Part shown: positions 10,782-21,800 of the stretch, piece by piece
How the letters are laid out: the number at the start of each line of letters is the position of its first letter
How positions within the stretch are numbered: position 1 is the stretch's first letter
Assembly: GCA_963847445.1 (NCBI GenBank)
Contig: CAWJZV010000027.1
Location: 64,001 to 128,000, forward strand
Direction: 5' to 3'
Source: an uncultured delta proteobacterium
Lineage (GTDB): Bacteria; Desulfobacterota; Binatia; UBA9968
Length of the DNA stretch: 64,000 nt
Notes under the pieces: model-generated
Seen by the model: only the letters and a program-made list of their open reading frames with translations
Told to the model about the DNA's origin: nothing
Databases searched by the model: none
Program-made: the position numbers and the translations under genes

Positions 10782-11779
10782 TTGCTCGCTGTCGGCACCT
10801 TGATGCCCTTTTCTTTGTAGTAGCGCAGCGCGCCCGGGTGAAACGGGATCGGCGAGCCGATGACGGCATTTTTCAAACTCATCTCGCTGGCGGCTTTGTG
10901 CACGGCGACTAGATCGGCGGTGTGTTCAAGCAAGAGCTTGGTGATCTGGTAGGCGAGATTTTCGTCGAGTTTTTCGTTGGCGATCAACAGATTGGTCGCC
11001 GCGGCCACCGGGGTATCCTCATCGATGCCTTTGTACAGACCCTTGGGGATATTGCTGGTGAAATAGAGCGGGCCGTACTTCGCGACCATTTTAGGAATCG
11101 CGTCGCCGTGAGGAATCATGTGGATTTTGATTCCCGGGGTCGCGGCTAAGTCGAGCACCGCGCCGGTGGGCAGACCGCCGTCCCAGAAGAACGCGTCGAT
11201 CTTACGGTCTTTGAGAGCGCCGGCGGACTCACCGGCGCCGAGCCGTTCCTGGTTCTTCAGGTCTTTTGGCGTGAGGCCGTACGCTTCGAGCACGCGCAGC
11301 CCTTTGACTTCGACACCGGAGCCGGGCGCGCCGGTGGACACGCGCTTGCCTTTGAGGTCGGCGACCGACTTGATACCGCTCCCGTCAGCGGCGACGATAT
11401 GCATGAAATTTGAGTAGAGCGCCATCAAAGCGCGAATATTCGCCTTTTGCGGCAGTCCCTTGATAACGCCGCTGAAGCCGTCCCAAGCGGTGTCAGGCAG
11501 CGAAAAAGCCAAGCCGACGCGGTTGCCGTGCAGCAGTTTGACATTATCCACCGACGCGGTGGTGACCTCCGCCGTCGCTTCGGTGTTGGGAATATTCTTC
11601 GAAATCAGCGCGGCCATGCCGCCGCCGAGCGGATAATAGACGCCGCCGGTACCGCCGGTGGCGATGGAGATCCGATTCTTCACCTGGGCGTGAGTCAAAT
11701 TCGGAATCACGGTAAGCAGCGCGATGGCTAATTGCGCGAGGATCATCACAAGGGTTCTAAACATGGAACTCGCTTTCAT
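10778..11779 (-). CDS. TAXI-family TRAP solute-binding protein
   Basis: IATGGTGGVYYPLGG, TTASVDN, GKRVSTGAPGSG, PFHPGALRYY. Confidence 0.93.
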   Translation of the reverse strand: MKASSMFRTLVMILAQLAIALLTVIPNLTHAQVKNRISIATGGTGGVYYPLGGGMAALISKNIPNTEATAEVTTASVDNVKLLHGNRVGLAFSLPDTAWDGFSGVIKGLPQKANIRALMALYSNFMHIVAADGSGIKSVADLKGKRVSTGAPGSGVEVKGLRVLEAYGLTPKDLKNQERLGAGESAGALKDRKIDAFFWDGGLPTGAVLDLAATPGIKIHMIPHGDAIPKMVAKYGPLYFTSNIPKGLYKGIDEDTPVAAATNLLIANEKLDENLAYQITKLLLEHTADLVAVHKAASEMSLKNAVIGSPIPFHPGALRYYKEKGIKVPTASK

Positions 11780-11807
11780 CGTTGGAATGGAAGATTTGCA
11801 GTCATCA

Positions 11808-12779
11808 TCAATTCACTCTTTGCATCGGAATGACGTAATAGGGGACGAAACCGTCGCCAGGATCGACTTCGAGCCGTTCTTCAAAACCGTCCGCCGTGGG
11901 TCGAAGAATTTTGCGCGCGCGTTTCCATTGGCTGGCATGGCCGGGGGGCACGTCGGCAAATTCAAGATTATCGTCATGGCGTTCGATGGCATATTCGCGC
12001 ATCGCGCCGCCGTCGGTGTAGGCGTGGGCGCTGATTTGGCCGGTGGGCTCGGAACCGACGATGACAAACGCCTTGTGCACGTCATTGCGGCCATCGGCGA
12101 GCGGATAGGAAGCATCCATTCGCAGTGCGATGAAGCGCCCGCCGGCCTCAAAGCTACCGACGACTTCCTTTTGAAAGGCGTAGTCGGCCATGGCGTATCT
12201 CCCTTCGCCGCGGAAGTGGCCGAGGAGGAATTCTAAGGGCTTCATATGGGCGCTCGGTTTGCCGTGGTCATGCACCGGGTCGAAGCGGAATCGTTCCGCC
12301 GCGCCGGTGTCGACGAGTAGCGAATTGGCGTGCACCGCGGCTTTGACAAATTTGAGCAGCGCGCGCCAATCTTCATCGCGCGCCACTTCGGCGAATACTT
12401 CTTGTTTGTCGCCGATCCGCAGCGCCAGCACCGGTGCTTGTTTGCAAGGTCCTTGGCAGCCGGTCTTGACGATGGTTGCGCCGATCTGGTTGCCCAGCCG
12501 GGATAGTTCTTGGTCAGAAACATCGTAGCCGGCTTTGTTGCAGCAAGGCTGCGCTGCGCATGCGTAGAGACGTTGGTTTCCCAAACTATATTCTTGCTTG
12601 GCTCGCTGTAAGACCTCGCCTAATTCGTCTGTAGTCGGTTCGAGATGGCGCAGTTTGAGGAAGTGGCGGAACTGCGCCAACGCGCCGTCGGTCCAGTTAC
12701 CCTGAGTGCGAACGAGAAAGCCCGAGGCGTGGAAGGCAAGTTCCATTGTACGGTGCGCTGAAGCGGTCAATCGGCCCAT
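11808..12779 (-). CDS. Thioredoxin-like [2Fe-2S] ferredoxin domain fused to a nitrobindin/DUF1794/DUF1579-like beta-barrel
   Basis: CAAQPCC ... TGCQGPCKQAP; C-terminal half begins PLEFLLGHFRGEG and is beta-strand rich. Confidence 0.6.
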   Translation of the reverse strand: MGRLTASAHRTMELAFHASGFLVRTQGNWTDGALAQFRHFLKLRHLEPTTDELGEVLQRAKQEYSLGNQRLYACAAQPCCNKAGYDVSDQELSRLGNQIGATIVKTGCQGPCKQAPVLALRIGDKQEVFAEVARDEDWRALLKFVKAAVHANSLLVDTGAAERFRFDPVHDHGKPSAHMKPLEFLLGHFRGEGRYAMADYAFQKEVVGSFEAGGRFIALRMDASYPLADGRNDVHKAFVIVGSEPTGQISAHAYTDGGAMREYAIERHDDNLEFADVPPGHASQWKRARKILRPTADGFEERLEVDPGDGFVPYYVIPMQRVN

Positions 12780-12956
12780 ATAATCTCCTTGCGCTGCAAT
12801 CTACTTTGGACCGAGCGTCGCCGTCAAGGAACGGGCTCTTGGATAGGGCGCGAGGCGGCGGGTACAAATGATCTGGAAGCTGTAAGCGCGCGGATTCGGA
12901 AGTGCCTCTCGCATAGGCGCGTCAACGAGGGGCGATTCGATGACATCGCCCTTACC

Positions 12957-13132
12957 GTCATTTCGACCAGGCCGGGAAAAATCTCTCTTGGATCCCTCGT
13001 GTTCGCTAGAGCTAAGAAGGATTTCTCTCTCCGTTCGAAATGACAACGTTCTTCCTTTGCGCCCTTTGCGTGCTTTGCGCGAGACATTCTCAGATTCGGT
13101 TGCGGCTGCGCCGCGCTGGGTCACTTCGCGGT
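12957..13132. repeat. GTCAT..ATGAC palindrome plus CTTTGCG repeat cluster
   Basis: gtcatttcgac...ttcgaaatgac (12957-13043) and cctttgcgccctttgcgtgctttgcgcgaga (13054-13084). Confidence 0.65.
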
Positions 13133-13151
13133 GATGTTCTGTCCCTTAAAC

Positions 13152-13187
13152 GCACAACGCCCAAGCCTTGCGGCCTGGGCGTTGTGT
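13152..13187 (-). terminator. Hairpin, probable terminator of the 13.2-13.6 kb ORF
   Basis: cacaacgcccaag-ccttgcgg-cctgggcgttgtg stem. Confidence 0.5.
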
Positions 13188-13212
13188 GGGAGGCAACGAA
13201 CGTGAGCCTATC

Positions 13213-13631
13213 TCACGCCGCCGCGGTTAACACGTCCAAAGTTTTTGCCACCGCTGAGCGTCGTCGCCGGCGTCAGCGGTACGGAGGGTCATTTGTTGGC
13301 GGATGTCAGCGAGTTTCGAGCCGGTTAGACCGGCGCGCTGGCGCCCATCGTTTTCCTGGAGCCGCGGTTGAAAGTCGCTGCGGTCGGCGGTTTCCTGCAG
13401 CATGCGCGCGACGAAAACATCGCGGGCACCGCTCATGGTCGGCACAATGGAACGGTGCCCGCGCCCCGGGATTAATTCAGGAGGCGTTTCATTGAACCAG
13501 AAGACGCCCAGGCTACGAAGCTCTTCATGAAAAAGCGGATCTGCGGCGCTAGGGTCACACAAATTCATGTTCCGAGCGTTCTCGGTAAACACCGCGCGCA
13601 TGTCGGCTCTCTTGACCTGTTGATCTAACAT
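13213..13631 (-). CDS. Hypothetical protein (3' end possibly frameshifted)
   Basis: 134 aa ORF followed by a hairpin; no recognisable motif. Confidence 0.35.
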
Positions 13632-14061
13632 GTCCCGGTAGAAGTCCTTGTATTAATCTTAATTTAAATTCCAGCCACGTCGCCTTAACGCTAAGTAGAA
13701 GACGGTTTTATTTATCACTATGGCGATTTTCCGCTAGTATAAGTATTAGACTGCGCCATTGATATTTTGTTCCAAGGAAGACCCCATAGATAATAGATAT
13801 ATTGAGCGGCCTCAGCCGGCGGCGCGACCAAAGCCGGTCGTTGGTGCGCTAGAGCCCGAATTGGACGCTGTCATCCCGAATCCTTCGGCCAAGCTCAGAA
13901 TCGACCCCGTGAGAGGGAATTTACCCGCCCTGAGTCACTATGGTGGCATTATTCGGCTTGACGAGATAACCGGAGGTTCAGTAGAGTCAGCCACTATCTA
14001 GACGGTTCCCGGATTTCCGTTTTGACCTAAAAATTTCTTAACCCAAGGGAGGAGACCAATC

Positions 14062-15175
14062 ATGTTTGTATGTCTATCGCCTGGAGGCCAGTTGCTCACC
14101 AACGGTGAGACGCAGACGGATAAGTTGCTTGTCGGCACGGTGGATGGAATTTTTTCTTTCCAAAAAAATGGCGGCGCCTGGGCGCAGCAAGCGACCATGG
14201 TGCCGGGCAAGCATTTTAGCTCAATCATCTTCGAGCCGACGACCAAGACGCTGTTCGGCGGCACCTACAGCTGCGAGATCTTTGCCAGCAGCGATCTCGG
14301 CAAGAGCTGGGAGCGGCGCGACAAAGGCATCGGCGAGAAGGAAATCTATTCGCTCGCCAGTCAATTAGTTAACGGCAAGCCGCGCATTTATGCGGGTACC
14401 CAGCCGGCGCATCTATATTTCAGCGACGATCTCGGCAAGAGCTGGACCGAGCTGCCCGGTCTGCGCCAGGTGCCGGGTGTCGAGAAATGGACTTTCCCCG
14501 GCGAGCCGCATCTGGCCCACGCCAAGAGCATCACCTTCCATCCGAAAGACCCGAACATCATTTACGTCGCCGTCGAAGTCGGCGGCTTCTTGCGCAGCAC
14601 GGATGGCGGCCAGACCTGGACCACCGTCGATAATATCAACCCCGATGCCCACCGCGTCTTGGTGCCGGCCAACGATCCGACCAAACTCTACGGCACCGCG
14701 CCGACGACCAACTGCGGGCCGGAAACAGCCGCTGGTTTCTGCGTCAGCAGCGACGGTGGCGCGAGCTGGACGAGCATGACGCCACGTGACTTCCGCATCG
14801 GTTATGTCGATCCGTTCTTCGTCCATCCCAAGGATCCAAATCTTTTGTTTGTCGCCGGCGCCAAGACCGGCCCCGGCACCTGGCGCAAGCTCCACACCGC
14901 CGACGCGCGCATCGCGCGCAGCCGCGACGGCGGCAAGACTTGGGACATGCTGAGCCGGCGGCTTGCCGGAGCATATCCGCGCCAACATCGAAGGCATGGC
15001 GATGGATGCGTGGAACGGCGGCTACGCCATCTTCGCCGGGACGACCGACGGCGATGTTTTCTATAGCGACGACGAAGGCGAGCACTGGCAGACGATCGTC
15101 AAAGGCATCGGCGCGGTGTCGAAGTCGCATCACTACGTCAATCTGTCGTTGGACGAACAGGCGGCGCATCACTAA
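14062..15175 (+). CDS. BNR/Asp-box beta-propeller protein (one indel near 14955)
   Basis: Repeated SxDxGxxW Asp-boxes (SSDLGKSW, SDDLGKSW, STDGGQTW, SRDGGKTW); GGAGG RBS. Confidence 0.85.
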
Positions 15176-15201
15176 ATAGACTGAAGTCGCGAAGTTGAAA
15201 C

Positions 15202-15235
15202 AAAAAGGGGCACGGTAATCCGTGCCCCTTTTTTT
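15202..15235 (+). terminator. Rho-independent terminator
   Basis: aaaaaggggcacgg-taat-ccgtgcccc-ttttttt. Confidence 0.85.
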
Positions 15236-15420
15236 GTTGGTTCTTACCTTGGCGTTCTTTGCGCCTTGCGCGAGAAAATACTCTTTTCCGGATTCGGATT
15301 ATCTCTCGCAAAGGCGCCAAGGCGCGAAGTTCGGAAAACTTGACCGGTGCGCGTCTGCTCAGAGCGGGCAACCCTTGAGAATCCTAAACTCGCACTTTAA
15401 AAAACTCAAGGTGGCAATTT

Positions 15421-15486
15421 TCAAGGTCGAGCACTGGTCCCTGGCTTCTTCAGAAGGCGGTGGGTGTCAAGCAGCCGCACGATCAC
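15421..15486 (-). pseudogene. VapC N-terminal remnant
   Basis: GTG overlapping the antitoxin TGA; translates (M)IVRLLDTHRLL then a stop after ~21 codons. Confidence 0.55.
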
Positions 15487-15638
15487 GGCTTCCCTTCGAA
15501 GGCATTGAGTAACTCTTTGGGCAGCGGCGCATCGAAGTTTTTCTTGATGCGAATCTTTCCGCGCATGCTGCCTGGCCGGCGTACGGTGGCTTTTGTTACT
15601 AACTGCGTCTTGGCTTGATGGCTATTCACCTTAGTCAT
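15483..15638 (-). CDS. Shortened Phd/YefM-like antitoxin, 51 aa (not in ORF track)
   Basis: MTKVNSHQAKTQL...RRPGSMRGKIRIKKNFDAPLPKELLNAFEGKP resembles both ends of Phd-type VapB antitoxins with the middle missing. Confidence 0.7.
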   Translation of the reverse strand: MTKVNSHQAKTQLVTKATVRRPGSMRGKIRIKKNFDAPLPKELLNAFEGKP

Positions 15639-15835
15639 GGTGGACACAGGTTGTTCCGCGAATCAGGGCTCGTCAAACCGCGAGGGTGATCTGCCTTGGC
15701 GCCTTTACGTGAGATACTCTTTTCCGAATCGCCTCACCCCTGACCCTTCACCCCTTACGCGGTTTGTAACCAACCCTTTCCTTGACGCGTAGCGACGACC
15801 TGGCGTACAAGTCAGCAGTCTAATCCAGTGGTTCT

Positions 15836-18800
15836 ATGGCAACGATTAAGAAAAAAGTTGGGAAGATGGCCAAGGCCAAGCCGCGCTCTGCCGTAGCGAA
15901 GAAAGCCCAGCCTCAAAAAGACCAACTCAACTCAGGATCTACAGCGCGAACTCGCCGATGCGCTTAGCGCGGGAAAACGCCACCAGCGAGATCCTGCGGA
16001 TGATCGCCAAGGCTTCCGGCGATCTTCAGGCCGTGTTAGATGCGCTTGCCCAATGCGCGGCCCGATTGTGCGATGCCAAGGATGCGCAGATTTTTCGCCG
16101 CGAGAACGATCTGATTCACCGTGTAGCTACGTACGGCGATTTGCCCGTCGCGCTCGAACACACGCCCTATAATCGCGAGTCGCCGGCCGGGCGCGCGATG
16201 GTGGATCGGCAGAGGGTTCATATTCGCGATCTTGCTGCCGTGGTCGATAGTGAATTCCCGGTAATCAAAAACTATGCGCGGGCGTATCGGACATCGGACG
16301 ACGCTGGCGGTTCCGTTGCTGCGCGACGGGCTTTCGATCGGCGCGATTCTGATTCGCCGCCTGGAAGTTCGCCCGTTCACGGATGCGCAGATCAAGCTGC
16401 TCGAAACCTTCGCCGACCAGGCCGTCATCGCCATCGAGAATGCCCGGCTGTTCCAGGAACGTGAGGCCGGCAACCGCGATCTCGCCGCGCTGCACGACGT
16501 GACGACCGCCGCCAGCCGGTCCTTGGAGATCAAGCCGGTCTTGGACGAAGTGATTAGGAAGATAACGGAGATTTTTGCTTTTGATTCGATGAGCATTTTT
16601 CTCTTCGACCCGCAGAGAGAATATCTAAATAGAGTGGCTTCCTTCGCTCCTCATGAAGAAGCACCTTCCCCTAGAGGCTTTCGCCGTGGCCAGGGACTCA
16701 CGGGCAGAGTGGCGGAGACCGGCGAACCGATCATTTTTGAGAACGTCAAGACCGATCCTCGTTATCAGGAACTGAGTCAAACCAAAGCCACCCAACAGCG
16801 CGATCACTGTTTCTTCGCGCTTTTTCCGATCAAAGCCAAAGAACGGTTTTTGGGGACAATCACCTGCCTGGGCAAAGAGCCGAGAAAGCTGATTGCCGAA
16901 GAAGTCCGGCTGATCAACTCGATGTGCGATCAGATCGGCGTCGCCGTCGAGAACATCAATCTTTTTGAACAGGTCAAAACCAAGACGGCCGAGTTGGAAA
17001 GCAGCAACTCGGAACTGCGCGAGGCACTGGCCCAACAAACCGCCACCAGTGAAGTGTTGCGGGTGATCGCCGCCTCTCCGACCGACGTCCAGCCGGTGTT
17101 CGAGACGATTGCGCACAGCGCGGCGCAGTTGTGTGAAGCCTTCGATGTCCTGGTCCTGCAGGTCGACGGCGAAGTATTGCGCCTGGTGGCTCATCACGGG
17201 GAAATTGCTGCAGGTGACATCCCGCTTCATCGCGGGACAGTAAGCGGTCGGACCGTAATCGAACGCCGCGTGATCCATCTCAGCGACCCGCAGAAGGAAA
17301 CAGAGGAGTTTCCCGAAGGCAGCGCCCTTGCGCGAGAATGGGGCCAGCGCAGCACGCTCAGTGTGCCTTTGCTGAAAGAAGACGTCGCGATCGGCGTCAT
17401 TCAGGCTCGTCGTGACGAGATCCGTCCCTTTTCCGACCAACAGATCAACTTGCTTCAAACCTTCGCGCATCAAGCCGTGATCGCCATCGAGAACGTGCGG
17501 CTGTTCAAGGAACTGGAGGCCCGGAACCGCGATTTAACGGAAGCGCTGGAGCAGCAGACCGCGACGAGCGAAGTGCTGCGGGTGATTGCGTCCTCGCCGA
17601 CTGAGTTGCAGCCGGTGCTCGACACGCTGATCGCGAACGCTGTGCGACTTTCCGGCGCGACCAGGGGGCATGTACGGCAATTCGACGGTGATTTCTATCG
17701 CGCGGTGGCCCACGCCGGCGAGACGTCCGGACATGATCGCCACTCTTCGCGCCAATCCCCTTCCAGCGAGTCCGGACATTCCTGCCGCTCGGGCGCTTCT
17801 CGGCGGCAAACCGGTTCATATCCTCGACGTTCAATCGGAGAGCGGAGTGCATCTCAATCTGGCGCGGCAAATGGGTACGCGAACCATGCTCGCCGTGCCG
17901 CTGCTGCGCGAAGGAACGTCTATCGGTAGTCTCACCATCTGGCGCGATGTTGTCGAAGCATTTACTGAGCGGCAGATCGAGCTGGTGAAAACTTTCGCTG
18001 ACCAGGCAGTGATTGCGATTGAGAATGTTCGGCTGTTCAAAGAACTAGCATCGCGCAACCGCGATCTCACCGAGGCCTTAGAGCAGCAGACCGCTACTAG
18101 CGAAGTACTCAAGGTGATCAGCCGCTCGACCTTCGACCTCGAACCGGTGCTGCAAACTTTGCTGGAAAACGCGTCGCGGCTTTGCGGCGCGGATCATGGA
18201 TCGATCCATAGAGTCGACGGCGAGATGCTGCCAATCATTGCCGCCTATCGCCATCCCGAAGAGCTGACCAGGCTTGTCGAGCAAAATCCGCCGCGGGTTA
18301 CGCGCGACACGGTAACCGGTCGCGTCGTGATCGAGTGTCGTTCGATCCACATCCCGGATTTGATGGCCGATCCAGACTATCATTACGCTGTAACTTCCTT
18401 GGGTCTCAGGACCGTGCTCGGCGTGCCGCTGCTGCGCGAAGGCGCGCCGGTCGGCGTCATTATCATCTTCAAGACTGAGGTCGAACCGTTCACTGACAAA
18501 CAGATCGAGCTCGTCACCACCTTCGCCGATCAGGCGGTGATCGCCATCGAGAACACGCGCTTGCTCAAAGAATTGCAAGACCGCAACGATCAATTGACCG
18601 AGAGCTTGGAACAGCAGACGGCGACGAGCGAGATTCTGCGCGTCATCGCCAGCTCGCCGACGGATATCCAGCCGGTGCTGGATGTGGTAGCGGCGAATGC
18701 CGCTCGGCTCTGCGAGGCTAACGACGCTCAGATTCTGCGGATCGAAGGAGAGGTCTTCACCGCGTCGGCCTCATATGGAACACGCCAAACTGCGGAAACT

Positions 18801-21800
18801 CGACCCGTCACACGGGAAATCGTCGCCGGCCGGGCGGTTATCGACCGGCAGACGGTTCATGTCCACGACATTCGTGACGCGCAGGACCAAGGCTACCCAG
18901 GGGCCGCTGCGTTCGGTCTCAACGAGAGTCGCACGCTTCTCGCAGTGCCACTGCTTCGCGAGGGCATTTCCATTGGCGCTATCCTGATTCGACGGTTCAA
19001 GTCCGCCCGTTTTCAGACAAGCAGATCAAGCTGCTCGAAACCTTCGCCGACCAGGCCGTCATCGCCATCGAGAACGTGCGGCTTGTTCAAGGAACTCGGC
19101 GAGCGCAACGCGGAATTGCGCGAGGCGCTGGAGCATCAGACGGCGACGGCCGAGGTGCTCGGCATCATCAGCCGCTCGCCGACCGACGTGCAGCCGGTGC
19201 TCGACGCCATCGTCGAGAGCGCGGCACGGGTTTGCGGGATCGATGACGTGGTGCTGCGACTCCGCGAGGGGAACGCTATGGTTCCGCGGGCTCATTTTGG
19301 TCCCATACCCATCGCCCGCGTCGAGATCAGTATCGATGAGCCACAGTTTCGCTGGATGCGCGAGCATGGCACGCTCCACATTCCCGACGCCCGCGCGCAG
19401 AACGATTTCCCAATGTTAGGTTCCGCCGGCAGCTGGCGCACCTTCTTGGCCGTTCCCCTTCGTCAGCAGGGGGAACTCATTGGAGTACTGATCGCACGTC
19501 GCACCGAGGTGCGCCCCTTCACCCCGGCGCAGATCAAGCTGCTCGAAACCTTCGCCGACCAGGCGGTGATCGCCATCGAGAACGTGCGGCTGTTCCAAGA
19601 ACTCAAGGAATCGTTGGAGCAGCAGACGGCGACGAGTGAAATCTTGGGCGTCATCGCCAGCTCGCCGACGGATATCCAGCCGGTGCTGGACACCGTTGCC
19701 GAGAACGCGGCGCGAGTTTGTGGACGCCGATGACGCCGTCATTCGGCTGGTCGAGGGCGATGTTCTGCGGCGCAGTGGCCCATTACGGACCCGTGCCGCG
19801 AAGTTGCCGGAGCGACTCGGCCCATCGACCGCGGACTCAGTCGCCGGTCGAGCCATTGTCGACCGCGCAGACGATCCACATCCACGACTTGCATGCCGAG
19901 TCGCAGACAGATTTCCCGGACGTCATGACGCAGCTCACGAGCAGGGTGTTCGGACACTGCGTTGGCAGTGCCGCTGCTGCGCGAAGGCGTCGCCATTGGC
20001 GTGATTCACATTCGCCGCACGGAGGTCCGCCCTTTCACCGACAAGCAGATCACGCTGCTCGAAACCTTCGCCGATCAGGCGGTCATCGCCATCGAGAACG
20101 TGCGGCTTGTTCAAGGAACTCGGCGAGCGCAACGCGGAATTGCGCGAGGCGCTGGAGCATCAGACGGCGACGGCCGAGGTGCTCGGCATCATCAGCCGCT
20201 CGCCGACCGACGTGCAGCCGGTGCTCGACGCCATCGTCGAGAGCGCCGCCCGGGTTTGCGGGATCGATGACGTGGTGCTGCGACTCCGCGAGGGGAACGC
20301 TATGGTTCCGCGGGCTCATTTTGGTCCCATACCCATCGGCCGCGTCGAGATCAGTATTGATGAGCCACAGTTTCGCTGGATGCGCGAGCATGGCACGCTC
20401 CACATTCCCGACGCCCGCGCGCAGAACGATTTCCCAACGTTGGGTTCCCTCGGCGGCTTGCGCACCTTCTTAGTCGTTCCCCTTCGTCAGCAGGGGGAAC
20501 TCATTGGAGTACTGAACGCACGTCGCACCGAGGTGCGCCCCTTCACCCCGGCGCAGATCAAACTGCTTGAAACCTTCGCCGATCAGGCGGTGATCGCCAT
20601 CGAGAATGTGCGGCTGTTCCAAGAACTCAAGGAGTCGCTGGAGCAGCAGACTGCGACGAGTGAAATCCTGGGCGTCATCGCCAGCTCGCCGACGGATATC
20701 CAGCCGGTGCTGGACACGATCGCCGCAAGCGCCGCGCGAATATGCGGTGCGGACGATGCCCTGATCCGGCTTGTCGAAGGTAATGTACTTCGCTTGAAAG
20801 CCCACCAGGGTTCTATCCCATCTTTCTCACAAGCGCATGGAGCCGAGTCCGATTCTCTCGATCGCGGTCGCGAATGGATACCCGGCCGAGCGGTGCTCGA
20901 TCGAGAGACGATTCATATCCATGATATAACCGCAGGTAGAAACGGAGTTTCCGGAGACGGCCGTGAGAGCGAGGCGGGCAGGGGTTCGCACGGCACTCGC
21001 TACACCGCTACTTCGCGAAGGTGCTGCCATCGGTGTGATTTTCATTCGTCGCACCGAAGTCAATCCATTCACCGATAAACAAATCTGCTTTGCTTAAAAC
21101 CTTCGCCGACCAAGCGGTAATCGCCATCGAGAACGTGCGGCTTGTTCCGGGAACTCGGCGAGCGCAACGCGGAATTGCGCGAGGCACTGGAGCATCAGAC
21201 GGCAACGGCCGAGGTGCTCGGCATCATCAGCCGCTCGCCGACCGACGTGCAGCCGGTGCTCGACGCCATCGTCGAGAGCGCCGCGCGGGTTTGTGGGATC
21301 GATGACGTGGTGCTGCGGCTGCGCGAGGGGGACATGATGACGGTGCGGGCTCATTTCGGTCCCATACCCATCCGGCCGCGCCGAGATCAGTGTCGATGAA
21401 CCACAGTACCGCTGGATCCACGAGCATGGCACGCTTCATATTCCCGACGTCCGCGCGCAGAACGATTTCCCAAGGTTGGGTTCCGTCGGGAATCGCACCT
21501 ATCTTGGCCGTTCCCCTTCGCCAGCAGGGGGAACTCATTGGAGTCGCTGAGCGCTCGTCGCATCGATGTCCGCCCCTTCACCCCGGCGCAGATCAAATTG
21601 CTCGAGACCTTCGCCGACCAAGCGGTGATCGCCATCGAGAACGTGCGGCTGTTCAACGAACTCAAGGAGTCGCTGGAGCAGCAGACGGCGACGAGTAAGA
21701 TTCTTGGCGTCATCGCCAGCTCGCCGACGGACATTCAGCCGGTGTTGGACACTGTGGCGGAAAATGCCGCGCGGCTGTGTGACGCCAACGATGCGGTGAT

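Noticed and set aside
12789-13134. Short overlapping ORFs in repeat-rich intergenic DNA (also 15138-15512, 46229-46792)
   Set aside because: Translations of palindromic repeats with no RBS or recognisable motif
13632-14060. Possible riboswitch or ncRNA in long intergenic regions (also 7332-7595, 36710-37055)
   Set aside because: No known RNA motif recognisable by eye; an Rfam/Infernal search would be needed
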